64,000 nt of DNA from an archaeon (GTDB lineage Archaea; Nanobdellota; Nanobdellia; Pacearchaeales; GW2011-AR1): positions 52,555-116,554 of the forward strand of contig JBDRNU010000015.1 in NCBI GenBank assembly GCA_043810775.1. The letters are read 5' to 3'. Below the pieces are notes generated by a model. It was not told the origin of the DNA. It did no database searches and worked only from the letters and a program-made list of their open reading frames with translations. Position numbers and translations under genes: made by a program. Within the stretch, counting starts at the first letter, position 1. Each line of letters begins with the position of its first letter. Below, piece after piece: positions 37,841 to 48,190 of the stretch.

Positions 37841-40291
37841 CTAAGCTTCTGATGTAACTAAATCTGCAGATGTTGCAGAAGTACCCTTATATTTAGTACC
37901 TTCATCAGTTGTCACGGTTTGAGTTGTAACGTACTTAGCTGCATTTTGCGTATCTGCAGCCTCAAAACCAGCAACAAGCATTGCTACCTTATCAGCGTTG
38001 TAAGGTGATGCTGCTACTTCAATAAGGAATTCACCTGAAGCTACACCAGTTTCAGTTGTCCAAGCTTCTCCACATATTGCAGATTCACTACCAAGCATTT
38101 TTGCGGCTGCTGCGTTTACACAGCTTCCACCAATAACAATCAGGTTCTTGCCTGAAACCTGGCTTACTTCACTGTCTGAGACAGTTACTGAACCAAGCTC
38201 ACTTACTGAACCGCCAGTGCTTCCACTAGTTCCTCCACTAAGTGATGCTGATGGTGATGCTAAGAAAACGTCTGCATACGATTGACTTCCAGCATAAGTT
38301 AAAGTTAACTTGTACTGGTCTCCTGATTTATCCCATTCAGCTAAGGTAGATAAATCAGATATGACATGACCCATATGATTGTCAGTGTCATCATCTTCAA
38401 ACGTATTACCTCCAGACCACTCTGCTTGCACATTGCTTACATAAACTTTGTTGTCTGTTGTGTCATCAAATGTAACATTAATAAGGTCTCCCTTAGCAAT
38501 GTTTCCATCTTTGTCCTCTTCTTGTAAGCGTAGTGTATAAGTGTTAAATCCACAAGCTGCAGTACTCAACCATGCTCCTTTGTTAGTATCACTTGTATTA
38601 ATAGCTCCATATCCACAAGAAGAATTAGCTTGTGTAAATGGTAACCAAATTACTAATCCACCTGCAGTGTAAAGTTGATGAAAGCTTCCACCTCCACCGA
38701 CAGAAACATTTACCCATTTACTGTCCCCTAATTTTTCAATAGAGTTAACAGTTAAGACAACATTTCCTACATCACAAGTGTCACTTGCAGACAAGTCTGT
38801 ACATATATTCTGACCTGTAACTTGGTCCTTAATAGTAGTCTTGTTTGCATTGTCCTTTGTGGTTACAGTTGCAGATAACAAGTGAGATTCACCCTCAGTT
38901 GTAGAGTTCCATGAAACTACAAATTGTTCGTCATTATTAGTGATATTAAATAATATAGAATTGGCACTTGAAGTAACTAATTTGTTACTTGAGTCCTTTC
39001 CTATACCTCCAAAATCACCTGTAGAGTTTGCGTAAAGCAAATCTATTGTAGCATCACCACTCTTTATTGGAGCTCTTAATTGAAGATAGTCATTTGCACC
39101 TGCTTTAATACTAACTTCTTCTGCTGCTGGAATAAAAAATTCACCCATAGTGAACTTTACTGCTTCGAAACCAGGCATTGTAAGGTCAGTATCAGCTGCA
39201 ATAAACTCTTCTTCATCTAAAGTCCAAACTATAACTATTTTGTCAATAGTTTGTGCTCCTCCACTGGTTGATCCTCTGTCTATATAAGCTGTTAAGTCTT
39301 GGATGTCATCGTCATTTAGTTCAACTTTTTGGCCGTTTTCTAATATAAGCTTTCCAGCTCCTATTGAAAACTCAACTGAACTAATACCTGTATCTTTGGC
39401 ATTATACATAATGTCTTTGATACCCACATAACTACCATCTTTTAACTTGTAAGTTCCACCTTCAGCCATAGAATTTGTGGATTCTCCATCAACACTTAAC
39501 TTGACTTCTGTTGAACTAATAAACACTATCTGGACGTCATTATAAGTTTTACTGCCAGCAGTTACACTTATTGTTTCGCCCTCTGTTAGTTGTGCTGTAT
39601 TAGCTGAGTCAAGGAAGGTCAACTTTATATTTGAGTTATTAAGTGCTGTAAGGATATAGTAACTCTTACCAAACATCTCAATATCTGTAGTTTCAAAATC
39701 ATCTAAGTGAGTTGTAGTTACAGAAGTTGTTTGTGCATTGGTAATAAAGTCAAGTGTATAGTTAAGTATGTGTCTTCCTGATGCAATCTTCATACCTACA
39801 GTTGGTGTGTCTACTTTGTAGTCATCATCTGAAAAAAAGGACAAGTTTAGGTTTAGTCCTAGTTTTATTCTTTGTGTATATTTGTAGTCTGTATTGTCAT
39901 CATTGGTATAAGTTCCATCAGCTAAAAGTACTGGTAAATGTTCGTCACTCACTGTTGTAACAAATACATCTGCTACTGAGTCTCCCATATTAAGCCTATC
40001 GCTAGATCTGTCCAATCTGATAGAATCTCCACCAGATGCAACTACTCCACTAGCTGTGCTTCCGCCTTGAGCAGTTTGTGATGCTAGATGGAACTGTAAG
40101 TTCTGACCAACATCAACTGCAGCAGAAAGATCTGTTATAGCGGCAGTGGCTCCATGGACAATAGCGACATCAGCGCCTCCTCCTGATACAAAAGGGGCAG
40201 GGTAACTTGCAGCTGCTGCAATTCCAACAGTGCTTCCAAGCATTACTACGCTCGCTACTACTGATGCGACTTTCCTGAAATTAAATTTCAT
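37841..40291 (-). CDS. S-layer-like major surface (glyco)protein
   Basis: 816 aa. Signal peptide MKFNFRKVASVVASVVMLGSTVGIAAAAS; Thr/Ser/Gly/Asn-rich with many N-x-S/T sequons. There is no C-terminal TM helix. The gene has a strong GGAGG Shine-Dalgarno, visibly higher GC than its neighbours, and a long 5' leader. Confidence 0.6.
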   Translation of the reverse strand: MKFNFRKVASVVASVVMLGSTVGIAAAASYPAPFVSGGGADVAIVHGATAAITDLSAAVDVGQNLQFHLASQTAQGGSTASGVVASGGDSIRLDRSSDRLNMGDSVADVFVTTVSDEHLPVLLADGTYTNDDNTDYKYTQRIKLGLNLNLSFFSDDDYKVDTPTVGMKIASGRHILNYTLDFITNAQTTSVTTTHLDDFETTDIEMFGKSYYILTALNNSNIKLTFLDSANTAQLTEGETISVTAGSKTYNDVQIVFISSTEVKLSVDGESTNSMAEGGTYKLKDGSYVGIKDIMYNAKDTGISSVEFSIGAGKLILENGQKVELNDDDIQDLTAYIDRGSTSGGAQTIDKIVIVWTLDEEEFIAADTDLTMPGFEAVKFTMGEFFIPAAEEVSIKAGANDYLQLRAPIKSGDATIDLLYANSTGDFGGIGKDSSNKLVTSSANSILFNITNNDEQFVVSWNSTTEGESHLLSATVTTKDNANKTTIKDQVTGQNICTDLSASDTCDVGNVVLTVNSIEKLGDSKWVNVSVGGGGSFHQLYTAGGLVIWLPFTQANSSCGYGAINTSDTNKGAWLSTAACGFNTYTLRLQEEDKDGNIAKGDLINVTFDDTTDNKVYVSNVQAEWSGGNTFEDDDTDNHMGHVISDLSTLAEWDKSGDQYKLTLTYAGSQSYADVFLASPSASLSGGTSGSTGGSVSELGSVTVSDSEVSQVSGKNLIVIGGSCVNAAAAKMLGSESAICGEAWTTETGVASGEFLIEVAASPYNADKVAMLVAGFEAADTQNAAKYVTTQTVTTDEGTKYKGTSATSADLVTSEA

Positions 40292-40299
40292 TTCTTAAA

Positions 40300-40304
40300 C
40301 CTCC
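40300..40304 (-). promoter_or_regulatory. GGAGG Shine-Dalgarno of the S-layer-like gene
   Basis: The reverse complement of cctcc lies 8 nt upstream of the ATG. Confidence 0.5.
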
Positions 40305-40439
40305 TTTCAATTATAGTTAAATATCTTGCCTAACAAGATAATTTAATAGGGTTAATTCATTACCCTGTCAGACATTATTCACTGTAGTCACCCATTAGAA
40401 TGTCATCTCTGGCTAGTCTCTGATAGAAACATATAACTT

Positions 40440-40462
40440 TTTTTAGTTTAAAAAGCTTTCCC
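40440..40462 (-). promoter_or_regulatory. second BRE/TATA-like element (gAAAgcTTTTTAAAc) upstream of the S-layer-like gene
   Basis: Shares the aaagcttt core with the element 66 nt further upstream. Confidence 0.25.
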
Positions 40463-40505
40463 TATTTTTTAACCATTCATCGTCGGCAAACGCTATCAAA
40501 ACTAA

Positions 40506-40527
40506 GGTTTATTTATAAAGCTTTCGG
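40506..40527 (-). promoter_or_regulatory. BRE/TATA candidate (cgAAAgcTTTATAAATAAA) for the S-layer-like gene
   Basis: Read on the minus strand, it gives a BRE-like purine stretch immediately 5' of TTTATAAATA. It lies about 215-235 nt upstream of the ATG, which implies a leader of about 190 nt. Confidence 0.4.
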
Positions 40528-40639
40528 TGTCACTAGTTTATTAATACAGTTAGGAATTGGGTTCAATAGAAAGGTTTTTAAGTATATATGATTTAAGATA
40601 ACATATATAGGATAAAAAAACCTATAAGTGTAAAATATA

Positions 40640-40655
40640 ACTTATATTTATATGT
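40640..40655 (+). promoter_or_regulatory. TATA-like element (TTATATTTATATG) about 30 nt upstream of the wHTH gene
   Basis: An AT-rich TATA-like sequence spaced as expected for a leaderless or short-leader transcript. Confidence 0.3.
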
Positions 40656-40679
40656 TTAGAAAAAAGGACTATAACTAAA

Positions 40680-41036
40680 ATGGCAAAGAAAAGAACACGC
40701 ACTGTAAATTTATATATAACTCCTACAACTTTCTCGTCGATATTTAAGCGCATTACTGGTGAAAAGCAAGAATTTGATTTTTCTGGTATAACTGAGCTTA
40801 GACAGTGTCTTTCTAATGAAAAGGCAAAGATCTTGCACGCAATTAAAGAAAAAGAACCTGATTCAATTTACCAGTTAGCTAAGCTTCTTAATCGTGATTT
40901 CAAGTCTGTTAATAATGATGTTAAGCTTCTTAAGAATTTTGGCTTTTTAGAGTTTAAATCTGAGTTTACTGGAAAGCGCAAAAAGCTTAAACCAGAAATA
41001 GCTATTGATTCTTTAAATGTGGTTATTAACTTTTAG
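40680..41036 (+). CDS. winged-helix (ArsR/MarR-like) transcriptional regulator
   Basis: 118 aa; AKILHAIKEKEPDSIYQLAKLLNRDFKSVNNDVKLLKNFGFLEF forms an HTH plus wing. The gene is divergent from the S-layer gene and convergent with the pilin-like cluster. Confidence 0.45.
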   Translation: MAKKRTRTVNLYITPTTFSSIFKRITGEKQEFDFSGITELRQCLSNEKAKILHAIKEKEPDSIYQLAKLLNRDFKSVNNDVKLLKNFGFLEFKSEFTGKRKKLKPEIAIDSLNVVINF

Positions 41037-41580
41037 TGCATACTTGCATATCAGTAATTATATCTCCAGGTGACTTATGGATAATTCCACTAGCTCCAAG
41101 AATATTACCACTGCAGTTTCCTTGTTCAATGCTGACTAGTGGATACTCGAACTGGTCTTCTCTATAATAAATATATACTTCATAGTATTTTGTAGGTACG
41201 TCTGGCCCTATAAGCCAGGTTTCTTCTAAAATACTAGAAAACTCCTCTTCAAGCACATCGCAAGAGTCTCTATCCCCTAAACACTCTTCACCATCATAGC
41301 ATTTTTTAATAAGTTTTTCTATACTAAGATACTGGGGCTCAAACCCAACTGCGCATGCAGTAGTATACATTAAAGCAGAATCTAAGAATTTATCAATTTT
41401 TTCAGATTCACTTATTTTTACATCTTTTCTAATACTCATTCCCAAGAAAATAAGGGCAACTATACTAACTATCACTATAATTAGCACAAATCCTATCATC
41501 TCTTCTTGCGAGCGCTTGCACGAGACTAATTTATTAGATGAATAACGAGCGCAGGCGCGAGTTGAGCATTTACTTTTCAT
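41026..41580 (-). CDS. type IV pilin-like protein (class III signal peptide)
   Basis: 184 aa; CKRS|QEEMIGFVLIIVIVSIVALIF is a basic patch followed by a hydrophobic helix. Confidence 0.45.
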   Translation of the reverse strand: MKSKCSTRACARYSSNKLVSCKRSQEEMIGFVLIIVIVSIVALIFLGMSIRKDVKISESEKIDKFLDSALMYTTACAVGFEPQYLSIEKLIKKCYDGEECLGDRDSCDVLEEEFSSILEETWLIGPDVPTKYYEVYIYYREDQFEYPLVSIEQGNCSGNILGASGIIHKSPGDIITDMQVCTKS

Positions 41581-42104
41581 TGTATTTCTACCTCATACCC
41601 TACTAATATCTTACCTATATCACATTTAGTGAAAATATAGCTTTCCTGGCTTTCTCTTCTGCATAAAGCTACAAAACTTTCTACTTTTCTCTCACTTTCA
41701 ACCCTCTTATCATAAATCTTAAATAAATTACAGTTTGGGTAAGTTCCCATATCACACTCTATCTCACTAGTCTCTTGAGGGTAAACTTTTCTTATTTCAA
41801 TGCTAGATATTGAACTAGGCCAAAAACCATTATAAATAGCCCTATCTTTAAGTAGAATCATTCTATCAAAATCCAAGCAATTCACCCCACAGCTAAATTC
41901 TGGAGAATTAGCAAGCATATTTACAAGCCTAATTGCCTCATTTTGATCTAATAAGCTTGCTTTTTTATATAAGCTTGAAGTAGAGATTGTTAGATAGAAT
42001 AATCCTGCAAGTATAAAAAATAACACAATAGCCATTAGCATGAAAGCCATTTGCTGTATTTTTAATTGCGAGCGTTTTTTTACACTAAATTCCATAATAA
42101 GCAC
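41577..42104 (-). CDS. type IV pilin-like protein (class III signal peptide)
   Basis: 175 aa; KKRS|QLKIQQMAFMLMAIVLFFILAGLF. Confidence 0.45.
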   Translation of the reverse strand: MLIMEFSVKKRSQLKIQQMAFMLMAIVLFFILAGLFYLTISTSSLYKKASLLDQNEAIRLVNMLANSPEFSCGVNCLDFDRMILLKDRAIYNGFWPSSISSIEIRKVYPQETSEIECDMGTYPNCNLFKIYDKRVESERKVESFVALCRRESQESYIFTKCDIGKILVGYEVEIQ

Positions 42105-43045
42105 TCTCCAAAACCAGCTTTTTCTTCAATTTCCAGTGATTTATCATATACTCCTTGAGTTTTTAGGTCTTCTGAACTTTCAACAAGCTGGGCTTTTTGA
42201 GCTAAGACTAAAAAATCACTATATAATCCAGTATGACAATCCCTACCTTCTAAAAAATTACTTTCTTCAGCATAAAGATAAGCTAATTGTTCTGCCCTTC
42301 CCATAAGTCTCTCTACATTACACTCATATATTTCTGGGCTAGAGAAAATAGCCGCATAAAGCAGGTTTTTGTAATAATATAACTGCTCCCTATCTTTAGT
42401 TACATAACCCTCATCATAACTATCTCCTATTTTTTCTACATTAATATCACAATCTCTGCTCCTCATTCCATTCCCAAAACAAATCTTTTTACTGTCTTCT
42501 TGGCAGGTTGCATTAATCTCTACATTTCCTAGTATAATCAGATTATCCTCAATTTCATTAGAGGGATTTTTAAAGCAGTATTTATCAGAATACATCATTG
42601 TCAGTGAAGCTACTTTATATCCTGTTTCAAAAGGCATTGAAAACATATAGACTTTCTTTCCCTGAACTTCATCAGAGAAAATATATTTATTTCTTAATCT
42701 TATTTCTCCCCCAGGTTCTTGCCATTCATCTCCAACTCCGCTTTTAGTTGAGAGTGAAAATTCCTGCCAGCCAAAAGTGCCTGTTTTTTCACACTCATTA
42801 AATATTTTAGTTTCAGAATTAAAACTAATATAAGCCGTCTTTTCAGCCTCAATACTTGTTTCAAGTGGAGAGAAAATTATGCTTAGTTTTTTTGCTGTTT
42901 CTGTGTCTATTTTATACTTACTAACATGAATAAATTGAGTAGTTGTATAAATTGCAATTGCAATTATGAAAATTCCTGCCAAAATTGCAAATATAATTGA
43001 AAAACTAAATTCAAAACCTCTTTTATTAATCATTTTAAATCTCAT
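42080..43045 (-). CDS. type IV pilin-like protein (class III signal peptide)
   Basis: 321 aa; NKRG|FEFSFSIIFAILAGIFIIAIAI, a classic prepilin-like N-terminus. Confidence 0.55.
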   Translation of the reverse strand: MRFKMINKRGFEFSFSIIFAILAGIFIIAIAIYTTTQFIHVSKYKIDTETAKKLSIIFSPLETSIEAEKTAYISFNSETKIFNECEKTGTFGWQEFSLSTKSGVGDEWQEPGGEIRLRNKYIFSDEVQGKKVYMFSMPFETGYKVASLTMMYSDKYCFKNPSNEIEDNLIILGNVEINATCQEDSKKICFGNGMRSRDCDINVEKIGDSYDEGYVTKDREQLYYYKNLLYAAIFSSPEIYECNVERLMGRAEQLAYLYAEESNFLEGRDCHTGLYSDFLVLAQKAQLVESSEDLKTQGVYDKSLEIEEKAGFGECLLWNLV

Positions 43046-43137
43046 CAGATGTCAGAAACTTTATGTTTCTGATCACTCTCAAGAACTTCTGTTCTTGAAG
43101 GTTTAAAAGACAGAAAATTATCAAATTTTCCGTATTT

Positions 43138-43641
43138 TTAACAATCACTGCCTATGCAAACTAATCTTTCATAATATCCTTTTTCAATTCTAAAACTAAT
43201 TTTCGAATCAATATTTTCTATACAATATGGATTAAGCCTATTTGTAATCTTGCTTATATTTATATCAGGAATATAATAATAAGGTAAGTTGCAAGCTTGT
43301 TCAGGAGGGTATAAGTAAACACTAGCTTCATAAATATCATATCTTTTCAATTCATCAAATATATCTTTTTTATTTGTAGAGGCTTTGCTAAAATCTACAA
43401 AGCATAAATAATCTATATCTTTTGGCATATATCCTGAGAATTCCTGGCTTGAAGAAGGAGACTTCCATACAATATCTACACTATCTTTTAAGTCACCCAT
43501 ATATGAGGCAATTTGAGTGCATTTCCTTAATTCAAGAAAATGATTAATTGCAATAAATGCAATTATTACAAATAATACAATTAAGAATATGGAAAATATC
43601 ATTCCAAATGGCAGTTGCATGTCGCCTCTTTTTCCTCTCAT
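43138..43641 (-). CDS. type IV pilin-like protein (class III signal peptide)
   Basis: 167 aa; GKRG|DMQLPFGMIFSIFLIVLFVIIAFIAI. Confidence 0.45.
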   Translation of the reverse strand: MRGKRGDMQLPFGMIFSIFLIVLFVIIAFIAINHFLELRKCTQIASYMGDLKDSVDIVWKSPSSSQEFSGYMPKDIDYLCFVDFSKASTNKKDIFDELKRYDIYEASVYLYPPEQACNLPYYYIPDINISKITNRLNPYCIENIDSKISFRIEKGYYERLVCIGSDC

Positions 43642-43672
43642 TAAATAATTAAGAAATTAGGTTATTTAAAAC

Positions 43673-46600
43673 CTACTCATTATATCCTCGGGCTATGATG
43701 CTGCATTCAGAAGGATTAGGCTGTTTTCCTGAAGTATCTCTACACTTTATATAATATGAGAAATCAGTATTCCACTCTGCATAGTGTTCAGTAGTATTTG
43801 AATAAGGCATTTGTATTCCTTCATTAAAATTAAAATTACAAGTACTAGTAGAGTATGAACAATCAGAATCTTCATCAGTAATAATCTTCAAGCAGCCAGC
43901 ATTTCCGCATATTTTGCTAGGTCCTGTATCTTGGTAAACTCTGACTACTGTAGGTGCTTCTCTGTCAACCTTAACTGTAAATTCAGTATCTGCAAAATCA
44001 GTATTTCCACCTAAATCAGTGCATTTAAAATAATAATGATAGTCTCCTTCCGGCAGGTCTTGTCTCTGTTGATGAGTATAATCCCTAGTATCAAAAAACA
44101 TTATCCAGTCTTTTTCTTGTCCAGTTGTGCTATAAAAGCAAAATGCATCTCCATCACAACAGCCATTGTCAGTTACAATTTCAAGATATACAGGGAAAAT
44201 ATCAGTTCCGCCTGAAATTGTTTCATTTGGCCCGTAGCTGAGTATATCTAGTGGTTGTGTTCCTAGCAAGGTAAATTCAAAGCTTTGCCTGTTTTCATTT
44301 CTGTCACCTTCAGGCTTTCCAGGCTGGTCTTTGCATCTAAAGTAAAATTTATTTTCAACCCTGTCTTGTATTCCAGTCAGAGTAGAAGAGCACTTATACA
44401 ATAAATTAGCACCCATTTCCCAGACTCTAGTTGAGCATGCAAAGGAATTTTCCATAACATCATAATCTTTGTTTTCTCTTGACCATTTGCATTCAGATGG
44501 TTCATTTACATAAAGTTCAAAATAAACCTGGCTAGTGTTGTAAGCAACTGGCATTCCGCTAATTATGCTTGTATTATAAATTACTGGAGGAGTTAAATCT
44601 GGTCCAGCTTCTACACAGAATCTTATTGCAAATTCATCATCATTTACATTTCCATTAGCGTCTTGGCATCTTGTATATAGTGTATAAGTTCCGTCTGGTT
44701 GTATAAGTGGATTTTCAGCTCCTTCCAATACACTTGCCCCCGGCAAGCTTAATCTTTGAGTATGATTATACAAGTATAAATTAGTTTCTCCAAAATAATA
44801 AGACATACTTTCAATATCTTTAGTGTGATTATAGTCAATCTTGCACTGAGCAGGTTCATTTGTCATTAATCCAAATGTTATTGGTGTAAATGCCTTTATA
44901 CAGCCGTCTCTAGTTTCTTGGCTTGTTATTTGCATTCCAATTGAAGGTGGTCTTGTATCTACATTAGTATAGCTATGGTCTAAGCTTAGTGCATCTTCCC
45001 ATGGAGTTATTGTTGGGCTATTTACATCATGAGGATTTATCCAGACACAGGACTCATTTCCAATGCTTCCTGCATTTAACAGTTCGCAAGCCTGCCCTAA
45101 TGACTTGCATCTATATTCTGAGCAAGGTCTAAATGGGTCGCCATTGCATTCCTCGCAATTATGCCCTCCTACTGGGGCTTCCCATGTCTCGCATGTAAAT
45201 ATTACCTTCTTTTGAGTTACCTCTTCATATAAAATTATAAAGACTATTATTCCTATTGCTATTCCTGCTATTGCTCCTCCTGCGCTTAACTGCCCTATTC
45301 CTAATCCTCCTTGTGACCACCCCCCACTACCAGCTAAAGGACTTGATAAAAGCCTCGCACTAAACCCGGCTGCAAATCCAGCTGCTCCTAATGCCTTGCT
45401 CATCTCTTCACTTGCCCCCATCATACTTGCCCCCATATAAAGCAGTCCTCCAACAAACATCCCCCATCCCAATGATGCTACAAGAACTCCTCCAGCGGTC
45501 CCTGGTTGTACTAAATTACCTAGTCCTCCACCTGTATTTGCTGGTGATGTTTGAGATGCAGGACCTGGTGTTGTTGAAGGTGCTGTAGTTACACTTCCTT
45601 CTGCGATAATTTTATTTTCCCCAAATGTCACTTTATCAGCAGTAATAGCTACTCCACCCCCATCAGCCCCTTTCACACCCCCTACCCCAAACACCAACCC
45701 AACCAATCCTCCCACCCCACCGCTCAACAACCTGACAGCAGGCAGGATAAAATCAGTCTTTATCTTTGAAATTTTCAAATCATAACCCTCATCATAGCCA
45801 TCCTCTCCCAAATAATTAACCTTGCCATCGCAGTCTCCCATGCTTGCACATAATTCCTTCATCTGATTCTGCCAGCTCTCATCAAGGCACTCACAATTTT
45901 TAGTGCAGTCTTCATCACTATAAATTTTCTTTTCAAATTCAACAACACAAACAGCACTAGCTTGCGAGCAAACTCCCTGAGCATCTCCTTTAGTGCTGTA
46001 AAAATCCAATCCAGGCGAATAACTTGGAACACAGCTCATATTTTTTCCTGCAATGCTTCCTATCCACTCGCAATCTCTTTTATCAGTATTTTCACAATCA
46101 TCTTGCTCACCCTGAAATATACAATCCTGCCACCTATTAGCAACACACCCAGCTTGTGAGAACAACCCATGGTCAGTTTCAATTCCGCCCTGCCAGCAAA
46201 CTTCTTGTCTAAAATCAGCGCACGGCTCTACAATCTCTTCATTAGAAATACAAATATGTCTCCACTCTCTAGCTCCAACAGCATTAGCATCTTCATCACC
46301 TACACTAGTCGCTGTACCATCATACATGCACCATGACTCTCCGTGATTAAAATCCTGCCCATTATAAGTTTTCTCGCAATCTAAATCTCTGCAAATGCTC
46401 TCTCCATAGCTAGGTCTAGTGCTATCTTGGCTTCTGTCATAAGCTCTGCAAATACTTCCATAAAAATAATCACAATTTCCGCATCCAGCAGAATTAGCAT
46501 TCGCACTTCCAGCTCCACAGCTCTCATCCTTGCTGTAAACTTTTTTCCAGTATAAGTCATCATTTATTTTGCTAGCATCATAAATATTAGCAGGATTTCC

Positions 46601-47323
46601 GCAAGTATCAATAAAATAAACCTCATCTAATCCAGAAACACAAATAGTCTCACTTGATTTCCCGCAATTAGTAGCAAGCTCTTCAGCTGAGCAAAGCCAG
46701 TCTTTATGAAAAGTAATATTTCCAGTAACAGTTCCTTCATCAGAACCAACTAAACCTTCATCACACTGCTGTCTAGTAACAAATTTGCAGCTCCGGATAT
46801 AATCTGTTTCATATACGCAAGCTCCCTTATCCTGGCTGTGAGCCATTTCAATACAAGCATCTTCATCCTGAACATTAGTTCTAAAATTAGTATTTAATCC
46901 ATAAAATGCGCTTATTCTTTTGCATCTAGTTAAAGTTACTAAAGCCGCCTCATTAGCAAGAATACAACAACCTAATTCACACTGTGCAATATTACAATCT
47001 TTTCCTTCAGACCAGGTGCCATTTTTTTCAATGCAAACTCTTTCAGGAGTATTTTCCATGCATAGTCCTTCCTTGCCATCATAACAGCATCCCTCTCTGC
47101 AAAAAGAAGTAGCATCACAGCTTGTAGGGCTACTCCTATAATTAGAATTGCAGCTTGCACTTTCAGAATTCTGGCACCAAGCTCCATAGCTTGTTTTTTC
47201 ACAGCATACACTAGTTTCTTGAGCGCTTACAACTGCAAAACCAGAACTTAATATATAAGCAATTGCAAAAATACTAATTACTAGTAAGCAAATTTCACTA
47301 ATTGAATAAAATTTCTTCATCAT
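43673..47323 (-). CDS. giant cysteine-rich membrane-spanning surface protein (paralog A)
   Basis: 1216 aa. Layout: signal peptide, Cys-rich N-domain with CC dyads, Gly-rich multi-TM core (GGVGGLVGLVFGVGG..., AGGAIAGIAIGIIVFIIL), conserved CETWEAPVGGHNCEECNGDPFRPCSEYRCKSLGQAC module, then a beta-rich C-terminal domain. Confidence 0.7.
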   Translation of the reverse strand: MMKKFYSISEICLLVISIFAIAYILSSGFAVVSAQETSVCCEKTSYGAWCQNSESASCNSNYRSSPTSCDATSFCREGCCYDGKEGLCMENTPERVCIEKNGTWSEGKDCNIAQCELGCCILANEAALVTLTRCKRISAFYGLNTNFRTNVQDEDACIEMAHSQDKGACVYETDYIRSCKFVTRQQCDEGLVGSDEGTVTGNITFHKDWLCSAEELATNCGKSSETICVSGLDEVYFIDTCGNPANIYDASKINDDLYWKKVYSKDESCGAGSANANSAGCGNCDYFYGSICRAYDRSQDSTRPSYGESICRDLDCEKTYNGQDFNHGESWCMYDGTATSVGDEDANAVGAREWRHICISNEEIVEPCADFRQEVCWQGGIETDHGLFSQAGCVANRWQDCIFQGEQDDCENTDKRDCEWIGSIAGKNMSCVPSYSPGLDFYSTKGDAQGVCSQASAVCVVEFEKKIYSDEDCTKNCECLDESWQNQMKELCASMGDCDGKVNYLGEDGYDEGYDLKISKIKTDFILPAVRLLSGGVGGLVGLVFGVGGVKGADGGGVAITADKVTFGENKIIAEGSVTTAPSTTPGPASQTSPANTGGGLGNLVQPGTAGGVLVASLGWGMFVGGLLYMGASMMGASEEMSKALGAAGFAAGFSARLLSSPLAGSGGWSQGGLGIGQLSAGGAIAGIAIGIIVFIILYEEVTQKKVIFTCETWEAPVGGHNCEECNGDPFRPCSEYRCKSLGQACELLNAGSIGNESCVWINPHDVNSPTITPWEDALSLDHSYTNVDTRPPSIGMQITSQETRDGCIKAFTPITFGLMTNEPAQCKIDYNHTKDIESMSYYFGETNLYLYNHTQRLSLPGASVLEGAENPLIQPDGTYTLYTRCQDANGNVNDDEFAIRFCVEAGPDLTPPVIYNTSIISGMPVAYNTSQVYFELYVNEPSECKWSRENKDYDVMENSFACSTRVWEMGANLLYKCSSTLTGIQDRVENKFYFRCKDQPGKPEGDRNENRQSFEFTLLGTQPLDILSYGPNETISGGTDIFPVYLEIVTDNGCCDGDAFCFYSTTGQEKDWIMFFDTRDYTHQQRQDLPEGDYHYYFKCTDLGGNTDFADTEFTVKVDREAPTVVRVYQDTGPSKICGNAGCLKIITDEDSDCSYSTSTCNFNFNEGIQMPYSNTTEHYAEWNTDFSYYIKCRDTSGKQPNPSECSIIARGYNE

Positions 47324-47324
47324 C

Positions 47325-48101
47325 TTATTTTATTGTACCAGTGCTATATCCTGGAGGCCAGCTCAAGCTTCTAGTGGCAAATATAAATTTTTCTTCTGTA
47401 ATTCTGTCAGTTAAAACATAAATCTTGCTTCCATCAGACTGCTTGTATTTTTCAACTTTCAAGTCAGGATAATATAACATATAAGTAAGAGGGTCAGAAT
47501 CTCCTAATCTAGCTTCATAGTTTAGTATTGATGTAGAAATCATAACTAAATCATATAATCCAGAGTCTAATGAAAATTTAATAGTTTCATAAGTATCACT
47601 TACACCCTCTCTTTTGTTTAGCACCATATTCATGTTAATATCAAATATAATCCTATCAGGAATAAATTCAACATTTAATTCATTATTTCCTAAAGCAACA
47701 ATATACCCCTGCTTCTCCATTTGCTTTTTCAAGCTTAAAGCACACTCTCTAGTTACTTGCTGAAGTTCAGCTTCCAGCTCCTCTTCAATATGCTGTTTAA
47801 GAAGTGGTTGCTGCATTGTGCAAGTATCATAATACTCATTAGTATAGCATAAATAATCAACATCATAACCCTCATACCAGATGCTATTTTCCGGAGAAAA
47901 ACTCCCACCTTTTTTAGTTAAAATATCTAGTTTATCTTCGGCAATATCTTCTACACAACCCTTCATATAAGCATTAGGTTCAGTTGGCCCAAATACTACT
48001 GATTCAATCCTAGGCCAGAATAAAACTATTAATACAGAAACTATAAGTATAGCTATAATTACAAATATGGTAATTTGCGCCCTCTTTTTTAAACTATGCA
48101 T
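47325..48101 (-). CDS. type IV pilin-like protein (class III signal peptide), partner of giant A
   Basis: 258 aa; MHSLKKRA|QITIFVIIAILIVSVLIVLF. Its stop lies 1 nt from the start of giant A. Paralog of 52524..53294. Confidence 0.55.
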   Translation of the reverse strand: MHSLKKRAQITIFVIIAILIVSVLIVLFWPRIESVVFGPTEPNAYMKGCVEDIAEDKLDILTKKGGSFSPENSIWYEGYDVDYLCYTNEYYDTCTMQQPLLKQHIEEELEAELQQVTRECALSLKKQMEKQGYIVALGNNELNVEFIPDRIIFDINMNMVLNKREGVSDTYETIKFSLDSGLYDLVMISTSILNYEARLGDSDPLTYMLYYPDLKVEKYKQSDGSKIYVLTDRITEEKFIFATRSLSWPPGYSTGTIK

Positions 48102-48190
48102 GTTTTTTCAACGCGAGCTATATTTATAAAGTTTATTAAAGCAAATAACTCAAGAATAAATTTAAATACTTCAGTTCAAAGTTCCTATTA

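Noticed and set aside
45391-46563. Short ORFs (60-65 aa) on either strand inside the giant protein A gene
   Set aside because: They are entirely embedded in a long, well-supported CDS and have no start context or motifs. They are typical spurious ORFs in AT-rich sequence.
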